Source: an uncultured Bacteroidales bacterium (GTDB taxonomy: Bacteria > Bacteroidota > Bacteroidia > Bacteroidales > PWNQ01). From it: a stretch of DNA of 64,000 nucleotides. A program made the translations under genes and the position numbers. Shown here in pieces: positions 20,144 through 29,824 of the stretch (the first letter of the stretch is position 1; every line of letters begins with the position of its first letter). Location: contig CAYZDA010000001.1 of assembly GCA_964477095.1 (NCBI GenBank), forward strand, positions 75,570 through 139,569. Direction: 5' to 3'. The notes below the pieces were generated by a model. The model saw only the letters and a program-made list of their open reading frames with translations. It was not told the origin of the DNA and made no database searches.

Positions 20144-23029
20144 TTATTTCTGATTAAGCACTTCTTTCAGGAAAGAAGCCGTATAACTATTTCTGTTCTC
20201 TGCTACTTCTTCGGGAGTGCCTACGGTGATTATTTCGCCTCCGCGATTACCTCCCTCAGGTCCAAGATCAATGATATGATCGGCAACCTTTATCACATCC
20301 AGATTGTGCTCAATTATGATCACAGTATTTCCCTTGTCAACCAGCCTATTGATAACATTAAGCAATACCCTTATGTCCTCAAAGTGGAGGCCGGTAGTGG
20401 GTTCGTCAAGTATGTAGAGTGTTTTCCCGGTGTCTTTTTTCGACAATTCCGTTGAAAGTTTTACACGTTGCGCTTCTCCTCCTGAAAGGGTAGTGGATTG
20501 CTGCCCCAGTGTGATATACCCAAGCCCGACATCCTGTAGCGTTTTTAGTTTTCGTTTGATCTGGGGAATGCTGTCAAAAAAATCCACGGCCTGGTTTATG
20601 GTCATGTCCAGCACATCATTGATGGATTTACCTTTGTAGCGCACTTCAAGTGTTTCCCTGTTGTATCGCTTGCCGTTGCATACTTCGCAGTGTACCTGAA
20701 CATCCGGCAGGAAATTCATTTCTATTATCTTTACTCCGGCTCCTTTACACTCTTCACATCTTCCGCCTTTCACATTAAAGGAGAAGCGGCCTGGTTTATA
20801 GCCTCTTATCCGGGCTTCAGGAAGTTGAACAAAAAGATTCCTGATGAGGGAAAAGACCCCGGTATAGGTCGAAGGATTTGAGCGAGGCGTTCTGCCAATG
20901 GGCGATTGATCAATTTCGATAACCTTATCGATATGCTTCAATCCTGAAATATTATCATAGGGAAGCGGTTTTTTTTCAGCTCTGAAAAAATGGTGGTTTA
21001 AAATGGGATACAGTGTTTCATTTACCAGCGATGATTTTCCGCTTCCAGAAACCCCTGTTATGCAAATCAGCTTGCTGAGCGGAATGGAAACATCTACGTT
21101 TTTCAGGTTGTTTCCTTTGGCTCCTGTCAGTTTTATTTCCTTGCCTGATCCGGGTCTGCGGCTTTCCGGCACTTCAATTTGTCTTCGTCTGCTCAGGTAA
21201 TCACCCGTAACTGTCCTGCTTTTTTCTATATCGGCCGGTGAGCCTTTGGCTACTATGCGCCCGCCCAGCCTGCCGGCACCGGGGCCAATGTCTGAAACAA
21301 AATCAGCCGAACGGATCATCTCCTCGTCATGTTCCACCACGATCACCGAATTACCAATATCCCGCAGCTTTTTAAGCGAGTTGATCAGCCGCCGGTTATC
21401 CCTCTGATGCAAGCCTATGCTTGGTTCATCCAGAATATATAGCACTCCCACCAATTGAGAACCTATCTGTGTACCCAACCTTATGCGCTGAGCTTCGCCT
21501 CCGCTTAGACTGCGGGCAGGGCGGTTTAGCGACAGATAATCAATGCCCACATCAAGAAGAAAACTGATGCGTGTTTGTATCTCACGGATAATTTCTCCGG
21601 CTACCTGCATTTTGCGGTTGTCCAGCGATTTGTGAGCTTGGCTGATCCAGGTCTGTAGTTCGTTAAGGTCCATTTCTGAAAGATCACCGATGTGTTTTTC
21701 CCCGATTTTAAAATGCAGCGATTCTTCCTTCAGCCTGTAGCCATTGCAGGCCGGGCAGGTAGTCTTATTCATGAAGCTGCTCACCCATTTTCTGATGTTG
21801 TGAGGAGCTTCCTCCGTATTCTGATTCAGAATGAAGTTGACAATTCCTTCAAAACTCAATTCATAAGAAGAAGTTACACCCAGATAATCATTTTTTATCT
21901 CCAGAGGCTTGCCTGATCCGTAAAGAATAACATTCATTGCTTCTTCTGAGATATCTTTGATGGGTATTTTCAGATCAAAATGGAACTGTTGTCCAATGGC
22001 CTCAATCTGCCTGAATATCCATGAGTTTTTGTATTTACCCAGTGGAGCCAGTCCGCCCTGCTTAATGCTTAGTTCTTCATCAGGGATAATTCGTTTCATG
22101 TCTACTTCCGAAATTTTCCCCAGCCCGTTGCATCTTGGGCAGGCTCCATAAGGTGAGTTGAATGAAAAAGTGTTGGGTTCCGGCGGGTCATAGGATATTC
22201 CGGAATCCACGCACATCAGTGACCGGCTGTATTGCCGCACCTCTCCGGTTTCATGATCCAGCACCATCACGATGCCGCGGCCATGCTTCATGGCCAGATC
22301 AACTGCCTTTTTTGTACGCTCACGATCCGCTTCCTTCACCTGAATGCGGTCGATTACAATTTCTATGTCATGGATCTTGTAGCGGTCCACTTTCATCCCG
22401 AAGGTGATATCTCTGATTTCTCCATCCACCCTGACTTTTGTAAACCCTTGTTTTCTTACAGTTTCGAAAAGCTCCCGGTAATGTCCTTTCCTGCCTTTTA
22501 CCACTGGTGACATTACTACTGCTTTCTTGCCGCCAAAGTGTTCCTGGATCAGGTTAATGATCTGCTCTTCGGTGTACTGAGTCATCTTTTTGCCGGTAAC
22601 GTAGGAATAGGCATCACTTACCCTGGCATAGAGCAGCCTGAGAAAGTCATAAATCTCGGTTACCGTGCCCACCGTGGAGCGCGGGTTTTTACTCGTGGTT
22701 TTCTGTTCAATTGAAATTACCGGGCTCAGTCCTGTTATCTTATCCACATCAGGGCGCTCCAGGCTGCCGATAAACTGTCTGGCATATGCTGAAAAGGTTT
22801 CCATATAGCGGCGTTGTCCTTCAGCATAAATGGTATCAAAAGCCAGTGAAGACTTTCCGCTGCCGCTTAGACCTGTTATTACACTCAGTTTATTACGGGG
22901 AATCTCCAGGTCTATATTTTTAAGGTTATGTTCACGGGCACCAAAAATGCGCAGCATGTTGTCATATTCGGAAGCTTCCTGAACATCTTCACCGAGTTCT
23001 TTATCAATCTTTACAAATTCTTCCTTCAT
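20144..23029 (-). CDS. uvrA: Excinuclease ABC subunit A
   Basis: [25 protein letters not shown], zinc modules CPRCNGLG and CEECKGAG. The start could be the internal Met at 22957 ([14 protein letters not shown]). Confidence 0.96.
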   Translation of the reverse strand: MKEEFVKIDKELGEDVQEASEYDNMLRIFGAREHNLKNIDLEIPRNKLSVITGLSGSGKSSLAFDTIYAEGQRRYMETFSAYARQFIGSLERPDVDKITGLSPVISIEQKTTSKNPRSTVGTVTEIYDFLRLLYARVSDAYSYVTGKKMTQYTEEQIINLIQEHFGGKKAVVMSPVVKGRKGHYRELFETVRKQGFTKVRVDGEIRDITFGMKVDRYKIHDIEIVIDRIQVKEADRERTKKAVDLAMKHGRGIVMVLDHETGEVRQYSRSLMCVDSGISYDPPEPNTFSFNSPYGACPRCNGLGKISEVDMKRIIPDEELSIKQGGLAPLGKYKNSWIFRQIEAIGQQFHFDLKIPIKDISEEAMNVILYGSGKPLEIKNDYLGVTSSYELSFEGIVNFILNQNTEEAPHNIRKWVSSFMNKTTCPACNGYRLKEESLHFKIGEKHIGDLSEMDLNELQTWISQAHKSLDNRKMQVAGEIIREIQTRISFLLDVGIDYLSLNRPARSLSGGEAQRIRLGTQIGSQLVGVLYILDEPSIGLHQRDNRRLINSLKKLRDIGNSVIVVEHDEEMIRSADFVSDIGPGAGRLGGRIVAKGSPADIEKSRTVTGDYLSRRRQIEVPESRRPGSGKEIKLTGAKGNNLKNVDVSIPLSKLICITGVSGSGKSSLVNETLYPILNHHFFRAEKKPLPYDNISGLKHIDKVIEIDQSPIGRTPRSNPSTYTGVFSLIRNLFVQLPEARIRGYKPGRFSFNVKGGRCEECKGAGVKIIEMNFLPDVQVHCEVCNGKRYNRETLEVRYKGKSINDVLDMTINQAVDFFDSIPQIKRKLKTLQDVGLGYITLGQQSTTLSGGEAQRVKLSTELSKKDTGKTLYILDEPTTGLHFEDIRVLLNVINRLVDKGNTVIIIEHNLDVIKVADHIIDLGPEGGNRGGEIITVGTPEEVAENRNSYTASFLKEVLNQK

Positions 23030-23062
23030 GTTCTTTTTTACTCTCCTGAGGGAAACGCCGGT

Positions 23063-24073
23063 TTAATAGATTTGTTTTATAAGAAGTGTATCATTAAAAA
23101 TCAACTGGTCATCTTCAAAAGGATCCATAATAGTGCTGTACAACAATCCGTTTTCTTGCGGCACGGTGATCCGGTAGGTTTTTCCTGATGGATTTAAAAG
23201 CCTGTCGGAGCGCAACCACGGATTCAGCAGCTTCAGGATTTTATATGGAATACCATGGATTTTGGAAAATTCCACCAGATTAATATCCGTCTCGCTGGTT
23301 TTAACGGTATTCGTGATCAAAGGGGGATAAAAATCTTTTTTCCTGAAATAGAATCCGTATTGCGTTGGCTTTTCATAGATGGTTTTCACAGCCAGTATCC
23401 TGAATATATATCTTGCAGTTTCTGGATTAAGATACATATCGTAGTAATTATTTACCTGCTGCTCGTATAACTGTTTGGTAGTGGCTCCGTTACCCATGTT
23501 GTAGGCAACTGCCGCCAGTGTCCATGAGCCGAATCGCTCTTTTGCTTCCTGCAGGTATTTGCAGGCTGCCTCGGTAGATTTTATCAAATGATAACGCTCA
23601 TCCACCTGAAGAGTGATCTCAAGGCCGTAGTCAATGCCTGTACCCTTCATTATCTGCCAAAATCCGGATGCTCCCGTAGGTGATACCACATTCTGCAGTC
23701 CGCTTTCGATCATGGCCAGGTAACGGAAATCAACAGGAATATTATTGGCTTTTAACACGGAATCAATAATCGGGAAGTAGCGAAAAGCCCTTTTAAACAT
23801 GAGTTGTGTATTGGAATGCCAGTAGGAATTCACCAGTAGCTCCCGGTCCAGGCCTTCCCTCACATCAAAGCGGTTGAGCGGGACCTTTTCTCCGGCAAAA
23901 TCCAGCTGTGATGGAATCTGGGCTGCAAAAATCTTGTAATGGCGGCGGAAGGCGTTGCGGTATTCATCCTCTGTTAACTGTTCTTTTTTTCCGGTTGAAT
24001 TGGAAAAAAGATAAATCATACCTGCTCCTGTAAGGATAAACAGTGGGATTAAAATCCAGTTTTTAAGTTTCAT
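23063..24073 (-). CDS. Lytic transglycosylase domain protein (MltD/Slt-like)
   Basis: N-terminal membrane anchor. SLT motifs LAMIESGLQN, GASGFWQIM and AYNMG. Confidence 0.75.
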   Translation of the reverse strand: MKLKNWILIPLFILTGAGMIYLFSNSTGKKEQLTEDEYRNAFRRHYKIFAAQIPSQLDFAGEKVPLNRFDVREGLDRELLVNSYWHSNTQLMFKRAFRYFPIIDSVLKANNIPVDFRYLAMIESGLQNVVSPTGASGFWQIMKGTGIDYGLEITLQVDERYHLIKSTEAACKYLQEAKERFGSWTLAAVAYNMGNGATTKQLYEQQVNNYYDMYLNPETARYIFRILAVKTIYEKPTQYGFYFRKKDFYPPLITNTVKTSETDINLVEFSKIHGIPYKILKLLNPWLRSDRLLNPSGKTYRITVPQENGLLYSTIMDPFEDDQLIFNDTLLIKQIY

Positions 24074-24097
24074 AATGTCTGCCTGGTTTTTAAGTTA

Positions 24098-24646
24098 CTA
24101 ATAAACAAAAGGGGAATCCAGCTGAGAAAAGCGCGGAGAGTTTTGATCTTTTTCTGACAACACTGGATTTTCTATTTGCCAGTCGATATCTAAATCGGGA
24201 TCATTCCATAAAATACTACCTTCGGATTCCCTGTGGTAGTAATTGGTGCACTTATAAAAAAATATGGTTTCATCTTCCAGTGTGGCAAAGCCGTGAGCAA
24301 AGCCTGGCGGAATCCAAAACATTCGCTTATTCTCTTCACTGATTTCCACAGCATGATATTTGCCATAGGTTGGGCTGCCTTTTCGGATATCCACGGCCAC
24401 ATCAAGTACTTTTCCCTTTATCACCCTTACCAGCTTTCCCTGTGCGTAAGGCGGTTTTTGAAAATGCAATCCACGTAATACTCCTTTTTGCGATTTTGAT
24501 TCATTGTCCTGAACGAAAGTAAGCTCAAGCCCTGCATCTTTTAGTTTTTTCTGATTATGAGCCTCAAAGAAATATCCTCTTTTGTCTTTGAAAACCTGTG
24601 GTTCAACTACGTAAAGGTCTGTTATGTCTGTTGGTACAATATTCAT
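24098..24646 (-). CDS. rfbC: dTDP-4-dehydrorhamnose 3,5-epimerase
   Basis: Motifs RGYFFE, RGLHFQ, GKLVRV and PPGFAHGF. 182 aa. Confidence 0.92.
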   Translation of the reverse strand: MNIVPTDITDLYVVEPQVFKDKRGYFFEAHNQKKLKDAGLELTFVQDNESKSQKGVLRGLHFQKPPYAQGKLVRVIKGKVLDVAVDIRKGSPTYGKYHAVEISEENKRMFWIPPGFAHGFATLEDETIFFYKCTNYYHRESEGSILWNDPDLDIDWQIENPVLSEKDQNSPRFSQLDSPFVY

Positions 24647-24723
24647 GATTTCTATTTTTTTTACAAGCTTATAAAATTATGAAATAATTCGCGTATTCCG
24701 GGAGGGGCATTGCTCCTAATCAT

Positions 24724-24761
24724 AAAAAAAATGCACCGGGCTGTTGGTCAAACCGGTGCAT
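24724..24761 (-). terminator. Rho-independent terminator downstream of lpdA
   Basis: ATGCACCGG (24731-24739) pairs with CCGGTGCAT (24753-24761). A T-run follows on the minus strand (A-run at 24724-24730 on plus). Confidence 0.65.
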
Positions 24762-24782
24762 GATATTTAATTGCGAATTATT

Positions 24783-26174
24783 TTAGATGTGGATAACTTC
24801 ATCATAGGCCGCTGCTACTGCTTCCATAACAGCTTCGGAAAGTGTGGGGTGGGGATGTACTGCTTTGATAATCTCATGTGCGGTAGTTTCCAGCTTCCGT
24901 GCTACCACGGCTTCAGAAATGATCTCAGTTACATTTTCGCCGACCATGTGAGCGCCAAGCCATTCACCATATTTGGCGTCAAAAATTACTTTTACAAAGC
25001 CATCGGGTGCACCTGATGCTTTGGCTTTTCCGGATGCAGAAAAAGGAAACTTGCCTACTTTAATATCATAACCCTTTTCCTTTGCCTGTTTCTCGGTATA
25101 TCCAACCGAAGCCACTTCCGGCACTGTATAGGTGCAGCTTGGAATATTGTTGTAGTCCAGTGGCTCGGGGTCTTCACCGGCGATTTTTTCCACACAGATT
25201 ATTCCTTCGTGAGAAGCCACATGGGCCAGAGCTGGCCCTGGAATAACATCACCAATAGCATAAAATCCTTCAATATTTGTGCGGTAAAACTCATCTACCG
25301 TGATTTTATCTTTTTCTGTTTTTATTCCAAGCTCTTCCAATCCCAGGTTCTCAATATTTGATTTAATGCCTACGGCTGAAAGAACCAGGTCGGCTTCAAT
25401 TTCTTCTTCGCCTTTTTTGGTTTCCACCTTTACCTTGCATTTATCACCTGAAGTATCCACCTCAGTAACCTTGGCCCCGGTCATCACTTTCATTTTGTTC
25501 TTCTTGAAGCTGCGAGCCAGCTGCCTGGATGCTTCCTCATCCTCCACCGGTAAGATATTTGGCAGGTATTCAACAAGCGTAACTTTAGTGCCAAGTGTAT
25601 TATAGAAATGTGCAAACTCTGATCCTATGGCACCAGAACCTACTACAACCATAGATTCGGGCTGTTCCTTCAGTGTCATGGCTTCACGATAGCCAATGAT
25701 CTTTTTGCCATCCTGCTTCATTCCTTCCAGCTGGCGTGAGCGGGCACCGGTGGCAATAATAACATGTTTGGCCTCATATTCGTTTTTGTTGCCTTCCTTA
25801 TCCTCTACTTCTACTTTTGGGCCTTCTTTTAAAGTGCCATGACCTTCCAAAAGATCGATTTTATTTTTCTTAAAGAGATATTTCACTCCTTTGTTCATAC
25901 CATTTGCTACTTCACGGCTACGGTCTATTATTCCTTCAAAATGAGGTTTAACCTCACCTTCAATCTTCACTCCGTAATCAATGGAATGGGAAACATATTT
26001 ATAAACCTGTGCGCTTTTAAGCAGTGCTTTAGTGGGGATGCATCCCCAGTTAAGGCACACACCACCTACCGATTCCCTTTCCACCACTGCAGTTTTAAAT
26101 CCCAGCTGGGATGCGCGTATGGCAGTTACATAGCCTCCCGGGCCGCTGCCTACTACTATTACATCATACTTCAT
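24783..26174 (-). CDS. lpdA: Dihydrolipoyl dehydrogenase
   Basis: GSGPGGY FAD fold, redox disulfide GGVCLNWGCIPTK, and C-terminal HPHPTLSE. Confidence 0.95.
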   Translation of the reverse strand: MKYDVIVVGSGPGGYVTAIRASQLGFKTAVVERESVGGVCLNWGCIPTKALLKSAQVYKYVSHSIDYGVKIEGEVKPHFEGIIDRSREVANGMNKGVKYLFKKNKIDLLEGHGTLKEGPKVEVEDKEGNKNEYEAKHVIIATGARSRQLEGMKQDGKKIIGYREAMTLKEQPESMVVVGSGAIGSEFAHFYNTLGTKVTLVEYLPNILPVEDEEASRQLARSFKKNKMKVMTGAKVTEVDTSGDKCKVKVETKKGEEEIEADLVLSAVGIKSNIENLGLEELGIKTEKDKITVDEFYRTNIEGFYAIGDVIPGPALAHVASHEGIICVEKIAGEDPEPLDYNNIPSCTYTVPEVASVGYTEKQAKEKGYDIKVGKFPFSASGKAKASGAPDGFVKVIFDAKYGEWLGAHMVGENVTEIISEAVVARKLETTAHEIIKAVHPHPTLSEAVMEAVAAAYDEVIHI

Positions 26175-26356
26175 AATATCTTTGTGTTTTTAAATACCTG
26201 ATTTTTGCTTCAGCATCAGTTTGGAATTACCCGCTTATTTTGAACAGGTAAAAATAGGCAAAACCCAATTACTGACCAAGCGGTACGCTACTGACAAATG
26301 GTTAACATCAGAGGGAAAAAATTGTTGCAGGAATTAATCTGCATAACAACAGGCAA

Positions 26357-27094
26357 TTATTCTTCTTTTGATTCCAGTATGTTTGTCCATTTCCGCAAAG
26401 AACGGAAGGTAAGCCACAGGATCACGCAAATGATACCGAAGACGATCCAGAACATAGCTGGTTCAGGATTTCCGGTTTTCACGTAATTTTTTAAAGTGTC
26501 AAGATAAACAAAGCTTACGCCCAGTGCTAATATTCCGCTGTATTCACGGCGCATTACTTTTTTCACGGAAAACCTGCGTCCGCCGGTTTTCCATCTTAAC
26601 TTCACGGGGAAAAATGCCGGGGTCTTTCTTGCCCATTCTTCAAAAGCTTCCTTGAATTTTGAACGGATAAAGCGTTCTTCGGCCAGCATAATTCTTTCAT
26701 AAACAAACCAAAAGAAGAAAACACTCAGAATTATTACCCAGGGGATGGCGACATACAGGATCAGTCCCATCCACATGAAAAAATTGCCCAGATACAGCGG
26801 ATGGCGAACCATAGAATACATTCCTGTGGTGTTTAATGATTCAGCTATCTGTCCTTGTGTGGTATTTCTCCCGGAGGTATTTTTTGCTACCAAACCTATT
26901 GTAGCAACACGGATAAACAAACCAAGCAATGAAACAAGCATGCAGGTGATGCTCCAGGAAATACTGTTAAATAAAAAAATGCTGCCGGAGTCTATAACAA
27001 CTGCTATGGTTGCGAGAGCATATAATATTAAAGGGATATAGCTCCTGCGCTTAAACAGCTTATCTCCGCTGTTCTCTAAATCTTCTCGTAGCAT
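26357..27094 (-). CDS. Membrane methyltransferase, isoprenylcysteine carboxyl/phospholipid methyltransferase-like
   Basis: Start trimmed to MLREDLE. Multi-pass membrane protein with an RHPLYLGN motif. Confidence 0.6.
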   Translation of the reverse strand: MLREDLENSGDKLFKRRSYIPLILYALATIAVVIDSGSIFLFNSISWSITCMLVSLLGLFIRVATIGLVAKNTSGRNTTQGQIAESLNTTGMYSMVRHPLYLGNFFMWMGLILYVAIPWVIILSVFFFWFVYERIMLAEERFIRSKFKEAFEEWARKTPAFFPVKLRWKTGGRRFSVKKVMRREYSGILALGVSFVYLDTLKNYVKTGNPEPAMFWIVFGIICVILWLTFRSLRKWTNILESKEE

Positions 27095-27196
27095 CAAAAT
27101 CAAATTAAATAATCTGCAAAAATAGAAAACTATCACAAACGCTGATTACTTGAGGCAGATGAGTTGGAAAATTTAGTAGTATTGCACAAAAAGACT

Positions 27197-27661
27197 ATGC
27201 GAGTACAGCAAATTACCGACAAAGAAGAAATGGCCGCGGTCATCAGTAGGTGTAAGGTGTGTCATCTGGCCATGGTAGATGAAAATGGCAAACCTTACCT
27301 GGTGCCGATGAATTTTGGCTATGAGCAGGGCTATATATACCTGCATGGCGCACAGCAGGGCCGCAAAATGGATATCCTGAGCAAAAACCCTGCTGTAGCT
27401 GTGAATTTTACCACAGATCACGAATTGCAGTATCAAAGTGAGCATGTAGCCTGCAGCTACAGCATGAAATACCGCTCGGTTACCGTAGAGGGAGATATAG
27501 AGTTTATAGAGGACAGGGATCAGAAAATCAGGGCGCTGGATATTATCATGGCACAGTACAGCAACAGGGAATTCAAATATAATGATCCGGCTTTAAGGGA
27601 AGTGAGTACCTACCGGGTTATAATTAAAGAGATGACTGGAAGGAAAATGCATTATAAGTAG
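27197..27661 (+). CDS. Pyridoxamine 5'-phosphate oxidase family flavoprotein (Nim-like split-barrel)
   Basis: Start trimmed to the ATG at MRVQQITDKEE. The pattern GKPYLVPMNFGY...IYLHGAQQGRKMDIL resembles the PNPOx/Nim family. Confidence 0.65.
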   Translation: MRVQQITDKEEMAAVISRCKVCHLAMVDENGKPYLVPMNFGYEQGYIYLHGAQQGRKMDILSKNPAVAVNFTTDHELQYQSEHVACSYSMKYRSVTVEGDIEFIEDRDQKIRALDIIMAQYSNREFKYNDPALREVSTYRVIIKEMTGRKMHYK

Positions 27662-28767
27662 GCATCCTTTATTTGCTTCAATTCTTTTTTTGATCTAACG
27701 GCCTGATGAATAGTGGCATTTCCCAGGCAAATATCCTCCTGATAAAAAACGGCCATTTGCCCTGGAGTAATGCCGGTTTGAGCCTGGTCAAAAATAACCA
27801 GCAGCCTTTGGTTTTCCATGGGGATAAGTCTTACTGGTTTATCCGCCTGGCGGTAGCGGAATTTGGCCATACAATTCAGTGGCATATCAGGAGCAGACTT
27901 TATCCAGTGGCTGTTTTCTGTAATCAGTGCATGATCAAACCTTGCCGGATGATTTTTACCCTGGACAACCTTTAGCACCCGGGTTTTAACATCTTTATCC
28001 ACCACATACCAGGGTTGATTATGTTCATTGCCACCAATGCCAAGGCCCTTACGCTGGCCTATTGTGTAATACATAAGTCCGTTGTGCAGGCCCATAACTT
28101 TTCCCGAATCTATATCAATGATTTCACCAGGTTGATTAGGAAGATAGCCGGACAAAAACCTGTTGAAATTGCGTTCGCCTATAAAGCAGATCCCGGTGCT
28201 GTCCTTTTTTTTGGCATTTGGGAGCTTCAGTTCTGAAGCAATTTTACGCACATCATTCTTAGTCATATTTCCCAGTGGGAATAGCGCCTTATCCAGCTGT
28301 TGGGAGGAGAGACCGGAGAGAAAGTACGACTGATCCTTATTTGCATCAATACCTTTTTTTAGAATGCTTCCTTCGCGACTGCGTTCTATCCGTGCAAAAT
28401 GTCCAGTGGCCATATAGTCTGCTTTTATATCCATGGCAAATTCAAGAAAAGCCTTAAATTTGATTTCGTTGTTGCACATAACATCCGGATTGGGTGTACG
28501 GCCTTTCTGCAACTCGTTTAGGAAATAATTGAAAACCCTGTGGTTATATTCTTCTTCGAAATTAACATCAAAATAAGGGATGTCCAGCTTTTTACACACT
28601 GCCTCCACGTCCAGAAAATCCTGACGCGCCATGCAAACACCATGTTCGCTTTTCTCATCCCAGTTTTTCATAAATACCCCCAGTACATCATACCTTTTTT
28701 GTTTAAGGATGTGTGCTGCAACTGAAGAATCAACTCCTCCTGACATTCCCAGTACTACCCGCTTCAT
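27652..28767 (-). CDS. mnmA: tRNA 2-thiouridine(34) synthase
   Basis: Start trimmed to MKRVVLGMSGGVDSSVAA (PP-loop). Also DSTGICFIGER. Confidence 0.93.
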   Translation of the reverse strand: MKRVVLGMSGGVDSSVAAHILKQKRYDVLGVFMKNWDEKSEHGVCMARQDFLDVEAVCKKLDIPYFDVNFEEEYNHRVFNYFLNELQKGRTPNPDVMCNNEIKFKAFLEFAMDIKADYMATGHFARIERSREGSILKKGIDANKDQSYFLSGLSSQQLDKALFPLGNMTKNDVRKIASELKLPNAKKKDSTGICFIGERNFNRFLSGYLPNQPGEIIDIDSGKVMGLHNGLMYYTIGQRKGLGIGGNEHNQPWYVVDKDVKTRVLKVVQGKNHPARFDHALITENSHWIKSAPDMPLNCMAKFRYRQADKPVRLIPMENQRLLVIFDQAQTGITPGQMAVFYQEDICLGNATIHQAVRSKKELKQIKDAYL

Positions 28768-28821
28768 TTTACGTTTGCGTTTTTCAATTTCTGATGACAA
28801 CTTCTGTCGGAAAATTAGTTT

Positions 28822-28864
28822 TAAAAAAAACAGGGGATGCAACTGCATGAATTGTTGCATCCCC
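28822..28864 (-). terminator. Strong rho-independent terminator of the ECF sigma transcription unit
   Basis: An 11-bp perfect stem, GGGGATGCAAC (28833-28843) with GTTGCATCCCC (28854-28864). A T8 run follows on the minus strand (A-run at 28823-28830 on plus). Confidence 0.7.
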
Positions 28865-28893
28865 ATTCTCAATTTATTAAAACGGTTCCCTTC

Positions 28894-29058
28894 TTAATTG
28901 TAGGATATCGTGCGCAGGTTACGATTCCAAAGCAACCTGACATCCTTTGCTATGCGTTTTTTATTCATGTATTTTTGAGTAAGCATAGCTTTTAGGCTGT
29001 TAGTACGATATTCCCTGAGGATAGACATTCTGGTTATTTTATAGCTAAGCTTTATCAT
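28894..29058 (-). CDS. Candidate small basic protein (54 aa) co-transcribed with the ECF sigma factor
   Basis: Manual translation gives MIKLSYKITRMSILREYRTNSLKAMLTQKYMNKKRIAKDVRLLWNRNLRTISYN. The ATG is 15 nt after the sigma stop and the ORF ends 30 nt before the terminator. It is below the ORF-track size cut-off and I recognised no family. Confidence 0.25.
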   Translation of the reverse strand: MIKLSYKITRMSILREYRTNSLKAMLTQKYMNKKRIAKDVRLLWNRNLRTISYN

Positions 29059-29073
29059 CGTCAAGTGGTTTTT

Positions 29074-29580
29074 CTAATTCTGAAAATCTTTTAATCGTTT
29101 CATTAGTTTTCTTCTTGTAAAGAAGATACGGCTTTTCACAGTACCGATGGAAAGGTCAAGTTCTTCAGCAATTTCTTTGTACTTAAATCCCCTGGTGTGC
29201 ATTTCAAAAGGTATGCGATAGTCCTTGTCAAGCTTTTTAACCTGCTTATCAATTTCCTGATGGTTCATAATTGATTCCGGTGATGCGAATTTGGTTTCAG
29301 TGAAAGAGTTGAGGTAGTAGGTGTCATCTGTAGTGTCGATAATGGTTCGGGCTTTGACCTTCCGGCGATAGTTATTGATAAAGGTATTTTTCATGATGGT
29401 GAACAACCATGCCTTTAAATTATTAGGTTGAACAAACTTGTCGCGGTATTTTAAAGCCTTAAGATATGTTTCCTGTAGTAGATCCTGGGCGTCATCTTCA
29501 TTTTGGGTGAGGCTCAAGGCAAAATATTCCAAATTCTTGTAAAGTTCCGTAATCTGCTTGTTAAATTCTACTCTAGTCAT
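29074..29580 (-). CDS. ECF-type RNA polymerase sigma-70 family factor
   Basis: Region 2 DAQDLLQETYLKALK...WLFTIMKNTFINNYRR, and region 4 HTH YKEIAEELDLSIGTVKSRIFFTRRKL. Confidence 0.85.
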   Translation of the reverse strand: MTRVEFNKQITELYKNLEYFALSLTQNEDDAQDLLQETYLKALKYRDKFVQPNNLKAWLFTIMKNTFINNYRRKVKARTIIDTTDDTYYLNSFTETKFASPESIMNHQEIDKQVKKLDKDYRIPFEMHTRGFKYKEIAEELDLSIGTVKSRIFFTRRKLMKRLKDFQN

Positions 29581-29824
29581 GTCTTCTGGATTTTTTGGTT
29601 ATAGTATTGGGTTTATTTAATTCTGGTCAAAAATGTTTAACAAAAGTAATACACCATTAAACATAAGTCAAGTGTTTTCGCTATTAAATTTGCATTATCC
29701 AGAGGTGTTCTAAATAGTAATACAGCGCCTAAAGGCTGTAACACCTAGGTGTTATAAGTAGTGTAAGGGCGTTTTTATAAATAATAATTAATAAAAAATA
29801 ACTGGAAAGATTGTTTAATATTGC

